From Methylophagaceae bacterium (GTDB lineage: Bacteria; Pseudomonadota; Gammaproteobacteria; Nitrosococcales; Methylophagaceae): 64,000 nt of DNA. The notes under the pieces were generated by a model. It was not told the DNA's origin. It searched no databases and saw nothing but the letters and a program-made list of their open reading frames with translations. The stretch is taken from the NCBI GenBank assembly GCA_965199725.1, contig OZ241321.1:1433359-1497358 (forward strand), read 5' to 3'. Positions 19,432-29,426 of the stretch are shown in pieces (position 1 is the stretch's first letter; the number at the start of each line of letters is the position of its first letter). A program made the translations under genes and the position numbers.

Positions 19432-20835
19432 ATGCTAGATAATACTACAAACAGTCAGCTTAATGCGTTTTTTCAGGGTAAAAATATTAATATGCCGGTT
19501 GATTTAATTATTAGTGATCGGCATTATCAGTGTACAGAGGTATTGCGCTTATTGCCAAAAAAAAGACTGGTGGTAAAAGCGCAGGATGATAATGGCAATC
19601 AGCAGGTTATTAAGCTATTTGCTAAACAGAAAAAAGGTAGGATCGGGTTTAGCCAAGAGCAGCGGGGATACCAATTAGCAAAGTGCACCGACGTTAATGT
19701 ACCGCAGTTAATAATTGCATCAACTATTGCGCCAGCTTGCTATGCTATTGTTTATCAGTATTTGAAGAATAGTCAATCTTTTACTGATGACAAAAAAACA
19801 CTTGCGCTTTATGGTGATGCGTTGATTACCATGGCGGCCATGCTGCATAAAGCTGGGATTTATCAAGCAGATTTTCATCTAAATAATATACTCATTGTTG
19901 CCGAAACTTTGTATCTTATTGATTTTTCCGCTATTAAGCAGCAGGGAATGTATTTAGATAAGTTCACCAGTCTTGCTAATTTGGCGATGTTGGTCGCGCA
20001 GTTTAAACCTTGCGAGCAGCAGCTACTCATTGATCGCTTGCCACAATATTACAAACTACGAGCATGGCAGTTTAATGCTGATGAAGATAAGCAATTTAAT
20101 GTCTATGTACACAAAGCCTGGCACAGGCGTAAAGCTAACTATTTAAGTAAAAAGTTTCGTGATTGCTCAATGACAGCATACCGTAAAATATGCTGGCTGG
20201 AATATGGTTTTTGTCGCGATTTTTTTAATCAGGCAGGTGAGTCTTTTATCAAAAATATTGATCTTATTATGGCAACTGGGCAGGTATTAAAAGCAGGCAA
20301 TTCCACCACTATTGTTGCTGTAGAGTATGCTGATAAAAAGTTGGTTATAAAGCGATACAATATTAAGGGGTTTTATCATTTTTTATCACGGTGTTGCCGC
20401 CGCAGTCGTGCTGCTGTTTCTTGGCGCAACAGCAATTTATTACAACTATTGGGTATCGCTACGCCCAAGTCGCTTGGCTTTATTGAAAAGCGGATTGGCT
20501 GGTTTAGATCAGCAGCTTATCTGGTCAGTGAAAAAAGTGATGGTAAGACCATAGCAATCGTGTTTGGTGACAGACTGCCTACTGATAGTGAACAGTATCA
20601 ACTTAGAAATATATTCACCATGCTTAAAAAATATCACATCAGCCATGGCGACTTAAAAGCGAGTAATTTACTTGTCAATAACAAGGGCAGAATTGAGTTA
20701 ATTGATCTAGACGCAATGAAGGAACATGCAACTAAGAGCAATTTTTTGCGTGCATTTGATAAAGATAAAAATCGTTTTTGTCGCAATTGGCAGAAGCCAG
20801 CATTAGCTCAATTATGCCGCGATATTATTTCCTGA
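19432..20835 (+). CDS. two-module LPS-kinase-family protein (InaA/Kdo-kinase-like)
   Basis: Two tandem kinase-like halves with motifs QADFHLNNILI...LIDFS and HGDLKASNLLV...LIDLDAM. ATG at 19432 was chosen because it follows the waaP stop. Confidence 0.65.
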   Translation: MLDNTTNSQLNAFFQGKNINMPVDLIISDRHYQCTEVLRLLPKKRLVVKAQDDNGNQQVIKLFAKQKKGRIGFSQEQRGYQLAKCTDVNVPQLIIASTIAPACYAIVYQYLKNSQSFTDDKKTLALYGDALITMAAMLHKAGIYQADFHLNNILIVAETLYLIDFSAIKQQGMYLDKFTSLANLAMLVAQFKPCEQQLLIDRLPQYYKLRAWQFNADEDKQFNVYVHKAWHRRKANYLSKKFRDCSMTAYRKICWLEYGFCRDFFNQAGESFIKNIDLIMATGQVLKAGNSTTIVAVEYADKKLVIKRYNIKGFYHFLSRCCRRSRAAVSWRNSNLLQLLGIATPKSLGFIEKRIGWFRSAAYLVSEKSDGKTIAIVFGDRLPTDSEQYQLRNIFTMLKKYHISHGDLKASNLLVNNKGRIELIDLDAMKEHATKSNFLRAFDKDKNRFCRNWQKPALAQLCRDIIS

Positions 20836-21754
20836 TGTTAGATTTAAAGGTGTCTTTTTTCATTAAACTTAAGAGTAATATTTTGAGTTTAGATATTTTT
20901 AACAAGGCACGCTTATCAAGCTTAACTGCTTTCAGGTAATATCTCTGCGCTAAAGAATAAGCTCCGGCACGATAAGCCAATCCTGTTAAAGACAGGCATC
21001 TTTTCAGCAAATATTGATGCCTGTAAGCCATGAAATTAGTTGGCAGAATTTTGGCATCAAACACTACATCAACCATATCAGTGCCAATAGCGTGGGCATG
21101 GTCAAAGCTGTGGCGCAGGCTGTCATCATGTTTGTGAATTCTAACCATTGGCTTTTGTACCAATACCGTGTCAAACAGCGCTAATATTTGACTATACATG
21201 GGAATATCCTCGGTACTGCGCAATTTTTGTGGAAACTGTAATTGACTAAAAACGCTGCGATGAAGACAATAGCTGCCAGCAGATATAGATAGTTGCTTAA
21301 ATAAATAGGCATAAAATAAAGATTCTCTGGTAGTTTTTAACCTAGTATTAGTTTTGCGTTCACGGATGTAACCAGCTTTATCTATTGATTGGTGTTCGCC
21401 AATAATAAATTGTTTATTGGGGTAGGCTAGAATAGCTTCACGATAGTAGTGTAATGAATGAGATATCAGTTCATCATCAGCATCAAGAAAAATCAGGTAT
21501 TCACCGCTGCTGTTATTTACCCCAGCATTGCGTGACGTTGCTAACCCCTTATTATCCTGATAAAAATAACTGATGCTGTCATTGTCTTCTAGTAGTGGCT
21601 TGATGACTTCTTTGGTGTTGTCATCAGAGCCGTCGTCAATGACAATGATTTCAAAATCATCACCAGCCTGATTTAGACATGAGTTAACTGCTCTTGGCAG
21701 ATATTCAGCATAATTATAGCTAGGTATGATAATGCTAAAAAGACAGGTTGACAC
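20825..21754 (-). CDS. family 2 glycosyltransferase
   Basis: FSIIIPSYNYAEYL...IVIDDGSDD...LDADD motifs (GT-A fold, DxD). Confidence 0.8.
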   Translation of the reverse strand: MSTCLFSIIIPSYNYAEYLPRAVNSCLNQAGDDFEIIVIDDGSDDNTKEVIKPLLEDNDSISYFYQDNKGLATSRNAGVNNSSGEYLIFLDADDELISHSLHYYREAILAYPNKQFIIGEHQSIDKAGYIRERKTNTRLKTTRESLFYAYLFKQLSISAGSYCLHRSVFSQLQFPQKLRSTEDIPMYSQILALFDTVLVQKPMVRIHKHDDSLRHSFDHAHAIGTDMVDVVFDAKILPTNFMAYRHQYLLKRCLSLTGLAYRAGAYSLAQRYYLKAVKLDKRALLKISKLKILLLSLMKKDTFKSNIRK

Positions 21755-21869
21755 GTATGGCCCTCGTTAAGTGTTATCTTAAGTGAACAACAGATGTTAA
21801 TGATAACGTGCGCCATCGTAATACAACAAGGTACAATTTAACTGTGCTTAACGTGTTAGAGGTTTTGTT

Positions 21870-23000
21870 TTGAAACTTGCTGTCTGCTTATATAAGTATT
21901 TTCCTTTTGGCGGCTTAGCCCGTGATTGCCTCCATATTACAATGATTTGCCGTGATCGTGGCTATGATATTGATATATATACAATGGCCTGGCAGGGAGA
22001 TATTCCCGCAGGGCTTAACATTAACACTATTCCGTTTCGGGGGTGGACAAATCACGGTAGGATTGCTTCATTTATAAACACAGTTTCGCCGATATTGGTC
22101 TCAGGAAGATATGATTTAGTGATCGGATTTAATAAAATGCCGGGATTAGATTTATATTATGCATCAGACCCGTGTTATCTTGACCGGGCAAAAAGTAAGC
22201 CTGCTTATTTTATACAAAAATTGAGTCGGCGTATGCAGTTTTATATCAAATGCGAACGCGCTGTATTTGGCAAGCAAAGCAAGACCGTATCTTTGTTGCT
22301 TAGCGATGGGCAGCGCGATTTATTCAGGCTGAATTATGGTACACCGGATAATCGTCTGTTGATGTTGCCACCAGGTATTGATAAAAGCAGAAAGCGTCCA
22401 GATAATTGGTTTGAGATTAGGTCAAGATTGCGTCATCAGTTTGGTATTGGGGGTGATGATACGCTGTTGTTAATGATTGGCACTGCATTTAAAACCAAGG
22501 GCGTTGATCGTGCTATCTCTGCACTGGCAACACTGCCGATCAGTATGCAAATAAAAACACAGTTATTGATTATTGGTGATGGTAATGCTAAGCCTTACCA
22601 AAAAATGGCCCGCCACTACCAATTGGAAAAACAGGTACAGTTTCTTGGTGGACGTACAGATGTGCCTGATTTTTTATTAGCAGCGGATATTTTGTTGCAT
22701 CCTGCCAGAAAAGAAAACACGGGCACGGTTATTTTAGAGGCAATGGTAGCTGGCTTGCCAGTATTGGTAACCGGCGTTTGTGGGTACGCTGCGCATGTGA
22801 AGAACGCTGATGCAGGCATAGTTTTACCTGCACTTTTTAAACAAAGCATACTCAATGCCCAGCTTTATGAGATGTTACTGGGTGATAAAGTTAATTGGTC
22901 AAATAATGCATTGAAATATGCAGACACAGCAGATCTGTATGGTACGCCAGAGAAGGTCGTTGACATTATTGACAGGCTGGTTGTAGCACGGCGCTTGTAA
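21870..23000 (+). CDS. waaG: LPS core glucosyltransferase I (GT4)
   Basis: TTG start. MKLAVCLYKYFPFGGLARD matches the WaaG N-terminus, plus a C-terminal E..G....EAM GT4 motif. Confidence 0.75.
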   Translation: MKLAVCLYKYFPFGGLARDCLHITMICRDRGYDIDIYTMAWQGDIPAGLNINTIPFRGWTNHGRIASFINTVSPILVSGRYDLVIGFNKMPGLDLYYASDPCYLDRAKSKPAYFIQKLSRRMQFYIKCERAVFGKQSKTVSLLLSDGQRDLFRLNYGTPDNRLLMLPPGIDKSRKRPDNWFEIRSRLRHQFGIGGDDTLLLMIGTAFKTKGVDRAISALATLPISMQIKTQLLIIGDGNAKPYQKMARHYQLEKQVQFLGGRTDVPDFLLAADILLHPARKENTGTVILEAMVAGLPVLVTGVCGYAAHVKNADAGIVLPALFKQSILNAQLYEMLLGDKVNWSNNALKYADTADLYGTPEKVVDIIDRLVVARRL

Positions 23001-23795
23001 ATGTTTCCATTTTTTAAGACATGGCACATTTTGTCGGCAGCAAACAAGTCTGCTGTTACATCTTATTTTCCTTCACTGGACGCCATATTTAAATTAGATG
23101 GCAAGATTATATCCAGAAGTGAACAAAGTGAAATATTTGTCCAAAAAATTGCTGGTAATACTTATTTTATTAAACGGTATTTTTGCTCAAAGGGTCTTGC
23201 TAGTTGGTTTGGATGGTCACGTTTTCATTTAGAAGTAAAAAATCAACAATGGTTTAGTCAGATAGGTATTCCTGCCGCTCAGATTATTTTATATGGCGAA
23301 GAACGCCTTTTATTGAAAACGCTGCGTGGCGTATTAATAACAAAGGGTATTGTCAATTGCAGAGAGCTATCAGCCATTGCAGGCAACGCGCCGGACAATT
23401 TTCGCCAAACATATTGGCGTAATGAGATACTATATCAAATTGCTGATATTGTGGCAGCCTTGCACCGCAAGCGTTTTTGCCATAATGATTTACATTGGCG
23501 AAATATATTAGTGGAGCAGTATGTTGATGGTAAGCCAACGGTTTATTTGATAGATTGTCCGTCAGGTAAAAAACTTATCTGGCCATTGTTAGGCTATCGC
23601 AAATGTAAGGACCTTGCCAGTCTGGATAAGCTGGCACCAAGTTATTTGAGCCGTACCCAGAGGCTGCGATTTTTGCTAAGATACTGTGGGGTTAAGAGCT
23701 TAACGCAAAAGGAAAAACATACTATACGTACAGTGCTACGCCATAAAGAAAACAGAATAAAACGCAAAATGAAAGAAAAGAGTAAATGGCTATAG
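23001..23795 (+). CDS. LPS kinase family protein (InaA/WaaP-like)
   Basis: 264 aa. Starts at the base after the waaG stop. HNDLHWRNILV and LIDCPSG kinase-core motifs. Confidence 0.7.
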   Translation: MFPFFKTWHILSAANKSAVTSYFPSLDAIFKLDGKIISRSEQSEIFVQKIAGNTYFIKRYFCSKGLASWFGWSRFHLEVKNQQWFSQIGIPAAQIILYGEERLLLKTLRGVLITKGIVNCRELSAIAGNAPDNFRQTYWRNEILYQIADIVAALHRKRFCHNDLHWRNILVEQYVDGKPTVYLIDCPSGKKLIWPLLGYRKCKDLASLDKLAPSYLSRTQRLRFLLRYCGVKSLTQKEKHTIRTVLRHKENRIKRKMKEKSKWL

Positions 23796-24347
23796 TGTTA
23801 ATGTAGCCATAAATCTATTCCAGCGACGAATAATCTTTTTTCTGGCTAAAAAGTGAATATAATTGCAGATGGGGATAAAATCGGCATTGCCTATATTATC
23901 AATAATAACCAGTTTACCTTTGCCTGCTTGAGCGCGTTGGTACAGAATGTTTTTTGGCTTTAGCTTCATTGGGATAATGGCGTATTTCAGCAGGTAGTTT
24001 TTTAGTTCAGACAAAGTGGATATTAAATTATTGGCGCGCTGCTCAGTAAAATAATCATCAACTAGATAATGTTCTAATGTGTTGGATATATTGCCATCAT
24101 GATCACGAATTAAATCAAATAGTGCACCTGATCCCAAGTTGGTATCAATGTTTCCATAGAATTTTGGTAACAGTTCCCAACTGATATGTCGTCTCTGCAG
24201 CAATTTGTAATAGTGTTGTTCGCGTTTTGTTTCTTGATTGTCACCATAGGTCACCACTTTAATGCACAAATGATCATGATCAGGATGGACAAAGCATTCA
24301 CGATGCAACCCCTTACCAAATTTTTTATCAGGGTCAAGCAGGATCAT
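23790..24347 (-). CDS. YrbL-family (PhoP regulatory network) protein
   Basis: 185 aa. G.GLHRECFVHPD...CIKVV, MKLKPKNILYQ and IIDNIGNADFIP parallel E. coli YrbL as recalled. Confidence 0.7.
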   Translation of the reverse strand: MILLDPDKKFGKGLHRECFVHPDHDHLCIKVVTYGDNQETKREQHYYKLLQRRHISWELLPKFYGNIDTNLGSGALFDLIRDHDGNISNTLEHYLVDDYFTEQRANNLISTLSELKNYLLKYAIIPMKLKPKNILYQRAQAGKGKLVIIDNIGNADFIPICNYIHFLARKKIIRRWNRFMATLTL

Positions 24348-26068
24348 TGTTTGGTAATCAGTAGGTCTTCCATAGCCAGATACTCAAGATCAGAGCCGTA
24401 GAACATATTAAGCGCATCAGCCGGGCTACACACCATAGGCTCACCCCGGCGGTTAAGCGACGTGTTAAGCAAAATTCCATTGCCGGTTAATTTTTCCATT
24501 TCTTTTAACAATGCATAATATCTTGGATTAGTAGCTTGAGTGACAATTTGTGCCCTTGCAGTACCATCTTCATGTACAACCTCTGGAATACGGATGCGCC
24601 AATCATCAGCAACATCAAAAGTAAATGTCATAAAAGGGCTGGGATGGTCTGTTTGTAGTATTTCTACAGCGATCGTATCTAAAATGCTGGGGCAGAAGGG
24701 TCGCCAACGTTCACGGTATTTTATTTGTGCATTGATTTTGTCGGCAACACCAGGGTGACTAGGGTTGCCGAGAATGCTACGGTTGCCTAATGCACGAGGG
24801 CCGAATTCCATCCGACCCTGGAACCATGATACTGGGTTGCCAGCATGGATAATTTCAGCAGTCCGTCTAACAATATCATCTAGTTTTTTCCAGATTACGT
24901 TTCTAGAGTAAGCAGTGCATGCTTCAATGCATTGCGCTGTAGTATAGCTTGGGCCAAGGTATACATGATCCATTTTTTCAACAGGTATGTCCATTTTTTG
25001 CGAGACATAGCTAGCGGCACCAATGGCAGTACCAGCATCACTGGCGGCAGGCTGAACAAAAAGTTCTTTGACTCCTGGTAGCGCGATAATACGCTGATTG
25101 AGTTTGACATTTAACGCAACACCACCAGCAAAGCACACTTTGCCCGTTTCTTTGATGATATTACCCAAATAATAATCAATCAGATATAACGCAGTTTTTT
25201 CCAATAAATCTTGGATGCTGGCTGCATAATCAACGTAAGGATCATCAATATCATCACCAGCACGTATCGGGCCAAGCCAGTCAATTAACTGGCGGGAGAA
25301 GAAATGACCTTTGCCTTCTTTCTTGTATCGCCTTAAACCGACAGTATTGATAAGTTTGTTATTAACTTTAAATTGACCATTACCATAGGTAATCAGACGA
25401 GAAAAATCAAAACGTTTCGCACTACCGTAAGGCGCCATGCCCATCACCTTAAATTCACCGTCCAGCATGTCAAATCCAAGTAACTCAGTCAGCGCACCAT
25501 ACATGCCACCAAGTGAATCGGGATCGTAGAATTCCTTAATTTTATGAATTTTGCCATGTTCACCGTAACCAAAAAATGTGGTGGTATACTCACCTTTACC
25601 ATCAATACCAATAATGGCTGTTTTTTCACTGAAACCACTAAGATGATAGGCGCTACTGGCATGAGCGAGATGATGTTCTACCGCCATAAATTTAACGCGT
25701 CTGCTATTTATACCAAGTCTATCAAGCATTTTCATTACGTTACGATAATTACGCCAGTAACGTCGGTTGCCATTAAATAATGCTGTTAACGCGCGATCAG
25801 GTGCATACCAGTGACGCTTGGCATAATGCCAGCGAGCCGGTGATGTAAGGCTAATTTGGGCATAGGGAAACGCGACAATATCAACATGATCAGGCTTAAT
25901 GTTGCCCTGCTTAAGGCAAAAACTTGCTGCTTGCAAAGGCAGTTTGCCTTTGGCATGTTTATCACGCAGAAAACGTTCTTCTTCTGCGGCAGCAACCAAT
26001 GTACCATCAATATACAGCGCGGCCGAGGCATCGTGACTGACTGCACCAGATAGGCCTAATATGATCAT
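24344..26068 (-). CDS. carbamoyltransferase (NodU/CmcH family)
   Basis: 574 aa. MIILGLSGAVSHDASAAL N-terminus and overall NodU-like layout. The equivalent gene sits in the Pseudomonas core-LPS cluster. Confidence 0.8.
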   Translation of the reverse strand: MIILGLSGAVSHDASAALYIDGTLVAAAEEERFLRDKHAKGKLPLQAASFCLKQGNIKPDHVDIVAFPYAQISLTSPARWHYAKRHWYAPDRALTALFNGNRRYWRNYRNVMKMLDRLGINSRRVKFMAVEHHLAHASSAYHLSGFSEKTAIIGIDGKGEYTTTFFGYGEHGKIHKIKEFYDPDSLGGMYGALTELLGFDMLDGEFKVMGMAPYGSAKRFDFSRLITYGNGQFKVNNKLINTVGLRRYKKEGKGHFFSRQLIDWLGPIRAGDDIDDPYVDYAASIQDLLEKTALYLIDYYLGNIIKETGKVCFAGGVALNVKLNQRIIALPGVKELFVQPAASDAGTAIGAASYVSQKMDIPVEKMDHVYLGPSYTTAQCIEACTAYSRNVIWKKLDDIVRRTAEIIHAGNPVSWFQGRMEFGPRALGNRSILGNPSHPGVADKINAQIKYRERWRPFCPSILDTIAVEILQTDHPSPFMTFTFDVADDWRIRIPEVVHEDGTARAQIVTQATNPRYYALLKEMEKLTGNGILLNTSLNRRGEPMVCSPADALNMFYGSDLEYLAMEDLLITKQ

Positions 26069-26139
26069 ATGGTTAAGATTTCTTCTGTTAACTTTTCAAG
26101 CTTAGGTATTTTAGTATAACAAGTGGCGATTGATGTGGG

Positions 26140-26916
26140 TTATTCGTGTTTGCGCCGTGCTCTTTTTTCTACTGATTTGATTAGTGTTTTTGATCTGGTA
26201 GAAAGCTTTTTTTCTTGTGTATATGCCTTAAATAGTGCTATCTGATCCTGCGTTAACCAGTGTCCAGCATGTTTGTGCAGTGTATAAATATCCCTGAACA
26301 TGGCCCGTTTTTTGCACAGGCGCCACTTTAATTTCTCCAGATCAATTATTCTAATATCCCATGATGTGCCAACTGGTTTAACAAAAATATGTTTTGGATA
26401 ACAGCAATTATGTTGAAAATGATGGTGATGTAGCGACCGTAATGTATTGGCGATAGCCATCAACAATTTACGTTTATGCGCAATATTGCGCACTAAATCA
26501 CCAGACGGCAATAGCTTGTTAGAAGAAAGTGGGACGTAACCGGTTAAGGCTTTTGTAATCAAGATGGCTTGTAGTTTGCCATGGCTAATACGCTTAGCAA
26601 AAAATACTGGTTCAACAGTGGGTAGGTTATATTTTTTCATACGCAAGATATTGCAAAACTCACGCTGTAACGTTGGTATGCCTCGCAATGGGTGGCATAC
26701 TGTTTTAGTAGCATGATTTTCCTGACGTTTGATAAATATGCTGGTGTTGTCTTGTCTAGTAGTTAAATCAATGTTGACGACTCCGCTCCAGCCGCCACGG
26801 CACCTATTAGGCTGTTCAAACCAACTAGTTTTTAACTGCCATATTGCATCAAAACTTCCCAGGTGATTATCAGTTAAGCGTGTTTGCCACTCTTTATGCC
26901 AGTAAGCTTCATCCAT
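26140..26916 (-). CDS. LPS-kinase-like protein with a Cys in place of the catalytic-loop Asp
   Basis: 258 aa. The fold motifs are present (IFIKRQ, IIDLEK), but the catalytic loop reads HNCCYPKHIFV where WaaP has HRDFYLCHFLL. Confidence 0.6.
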   Translation of the reverse strand: MDEAYWHKEWQTRLTDNHLGSFDAIWQLKTSWFEQPNRCRGGWSGVVNIDLTTRQDNTSIFIKRQENHATKTVCHPLRGIPTLQREFCNILRMKKYNLPTVEPVFFAKRISHGKLQAILITKALTGYVPLSSNKLLPSGDLVRNIAHKRKLLMAIANTLRSLHHHHFQHNCCYPKHIFVKPVGTSWDIRIIDLEKLKWRLCKKRAMFRDIYTLHKHAGHWLTQDQIALFKAYTQEKKLSTRSKTLIKSVEKRARRKHE

Positions 26917-26919
26917 CAG

Positions 26920-28398
26920 CTAGTTCGGTAGTGTCCTATAAATGCACACTTCACCACTGCGCTTCCTCCCCTGGCAATATATTTGCACTAATTTCATGTT
27001 GGTCAATAGTGCGTCTACTTGTGTGTCTTTGCGTTTTTTAAATATAATTAAGTGGTCATAGCGTTGATAGTTTTTTCGTATATTTTCAATACTGTCATTA
27101 TAGTTTATTTTTGCTCCTGCTTGCCGACTTTGATAGTAATATTCAATTATGTTGTTATTAGTCAACACAGCGCTATTTTTGGGTAGATTATCACTGGCCC
27201 ATATCGCCACCTCTTTGAGGTATGGCTTAGGGCGTGAACTGGTTGTTCCATCAATCAAGTTAGCTAAGAATACGGTACCGACGATACCAAGCAATAGTTT
27301 ATTATTCGATATCCATGCCTGTTCTATCATCTGCGTTAATCTTGGCAACATAAGCAGCAATAGACTGATTAATATCGTCATGGTATAGCGTGTTGATATA
27401 AAATAATGCGAAAATACAAATACTATTAATGGTATTGTACTGAGCGCTACTAAGTAACGAATTAATCCTTGATAGGGCGAAGTATATATTGGCTGGCCTT
27501 GCCAACAACTGATTATAAAAAGGCCAATATAGCTAAATGACATTGCTTTTATGATTTTAAATACCAGCATAGAAACAAGACTAGCACTAAGTATAAGTGT
27601 GCTGTATTTGGCTGCATTAGGGTCAAGCACTTGAGTTGCTATTATTGATACTCTGTCATTAAACTCGACTGATATATTAGACATCATCAATAGTATATGC
27701 TTGGCTTTGAAGAATATATCTGGTATTTCTGTACTAACCAGCATTGCTGGAATAACACCAATAATCAGTAAATAATTGAGCTGGATATAGCGGATAAAAG
27801 CTGTTTTGGGTGTATGTAGAATAAACAAATACAGCGGTAACCCAAGCACAATAACGATACCTTCTATGCGAAACAGAAAAGCAGTAACAACAGCCAGTTG
27901 CCAATATGTGGCATTTCTTAAGGTTGGTTTTTCAATGAATGTCATAAAGCGATATAATGCCAAACTAAAAAAAGCCCAATAACCGAAATCACGGATAATA
28001 AACTCACGGTATTCATTAAATGAATGGAAGCAGGCAAGTACAATAGCGGCAATTGCAACTTTTTTATAGTCAGGCAGTATTTTTTTACTGATTAGCAACA
28101 ATGTATCAAGCAGCAGTATAAACAGTAGCCCATTGACTGCATAAGCGACGGTTTCAAAAGATAAGAATGTAGCTTTATGGATATAAGCAATCATGATGGA
28201 AAAGAAAGGCCAGGGGTTATATACGATAATTTTTGCTAGCCCAGATTCAAGATAAGCTTCAGCCGTACTTATGTAGAGTATGCCGTCATTATTTATGTTA
28301 CTGCCGTAATAGGTAAATATTGACAGGCACAAGCTTGCCAGTGCAGTCAGTAAGCGAATTTGATAAAAGTGATTATCAGTAAGGTTTATTCTGTGCAT
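26920..28398 (-). CDS. polytopic membrane protein, possibly a GT-C (ArnT/PMT-like) glycosyltransferase
   Basis: 492 aa with about 11 predicted hydrophobic helices and a roughly 110-aa soluble C-terminus. Lies inside the LPS core cluster. No firm motif recognised. Confidence 0.35.
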   Translation of the reverse strand: MHRINLTDNHFYQIRLLTALASLCLSIFTYYGSNINNDGILYISTAEAYLESGLAKIIVYNPWPFFSIMIAYIHKATFLSFETVAYAVNGLLFILLLDTLLLISKKILPDYKKVAIAAIVLACFHSFNEYREFIIRDFGYWAFFSLALYRFMTFIEKPTLRNATYWQLAVVTAFLFRIEGIVIVLGLPLYLFILHTPKTAFIRYIQLNYLLIIGVIPAMLVSTEIPDIFFKAKHILLMMSNISVEFNDRVSIIATQVLDPNAAKYSTLILSASLVSMLVFKIIKAMSFSYIGLFIISCWQGQPIYTSPYQGLIRYLVALSTIPLIVFVFSHYFISTRYTMTILISLLLLMLPRLTQMIEQAWISNNKLLLGIVGTVFLANLIDGTTSSRPKPYLKEVAIWASDNLPKNSAVLTNNNIIEYYYQSRQAGAKINYNDSIENIRKNYQRYDHLIIFKKRKDTQVDALLTNMKLVQIYCQGRKRSGEVCIYRTLPN

Positions 28399-29423
28399 GA
28401 AATTGTTTTATTAATGAGATGAATAATGTGTTCACTGTTAATATGCTGCATGCAGTTATGATGCTGTTTTGGGCATGTTTGCTGAAAACAAGGGCCGCAA
28501 TCTATTTCCAGTTGCATAATACGGGCATTATCAGCCAATGGTGGTGTAAAAGTGGGCGATGTCGGACCATAAATTGCAATAAGCGGCCTATGTAATGCAG
28601 CAGCAATATGCATCAGCCCAGAATCATTAGAGACTACTATATCAGCAGTGGCAAGAAAATCAACGGCATCGCTTAATGTTGTTTTTCCGCACAGATTAAA
28701 TGTATTAGATTGATAGGCCGATTTAATGCCAGCAACGATAATATTGGTGGTAGCGCAATCTGCTACCGATCCTAAAATAATTAATTGCCAGTTTTGCTCA
28801 AGTAGTCTGTTTGCTAATTCAGCGTAATGTTTTGCAGGCCAACGCTTTGCGGAACCAAACTCAGCACCTGGGCAGAAAATAAGCCGTTTTTTTGATGGCG
28901 ATAAAGGTATCTCAAAAGCGGGAGAGATGGGTTTAGTCACCATACACGGCACAGCGTAGTTGGGTGCTAAGTGAGATTGATCTGCTGGATACGCTAGGGA
29001 TACATAGCGTTGCACCATCATTGGCAAAGCCGTCGTATCCAATATTCGTATATCATTGATTAACCCATAGCGCATTTCACCTCGCCAGCCAGTGCGCAGC
29101 GGAATATTAGCAAACCAAGGTATCAAGGCAGACTTCCATGAATTGGGCAAAATGATAGCCTGATCATAGTGTTTGCCACGTAATTTGTACCCAAGTTTTT
29201 TGCGCACATTCCAGCCAAAAATGCCATGACCAACAGGCATAGTAATTACCTCATTAACTTCTGGCATTCGGCTGATCAAGGCCATTGTCCAGTTCATTGC
29301 GATAACATCAATAACTGTGCTGGAATTGTTAGCTTTGATTGTTTTAAACAATGATTGCGCCATCACCATATCGCCGATCCATGATGGCCCCACTATCAGG
29401 ATTTTACTGATGGTTGAAGTCAC
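28386..29423 (-). CDS. waaF: ADP-heptose:LPS heptosyltransferase II
   Basis: 345 aa. KILIVGPSWIGDMVMAQSLFK N-terminus and NDSGLMHIAAAL motif (GT9). Confidence 0.8.
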   Translation of the reverse strand: MTSTISKILIVGPSWIGDMVMAQSLFKTIKANNSSTVIDVIAMNWTMALISRMPEVNEVITMPVGHGIFGWNVRKKLGYKLRGKHYDQAIILPNSWKSALIPWFANIPLRTGWRGEMRYGLINDIRILDTTALPMMVQRYVSLAYPADQSHLAPNYAVPCMVTKPISPAFEIPLSPSKKRLIFCPGAEFGSAKRWPAKHYAELANRLLEQNWQLIILGSVADCATTNIIVAGIKSAYQSNTFNLCGKTTLSDAVDFLATADIVVSNDSGLMHIAAALHRPLIAIYGPTSPTFTPPLADNARIMQLEIDCGPCFQQTCPKQHHNCMQHINSEHIIHLINKTISCTE

Positions 29424-29426
29424 AGA

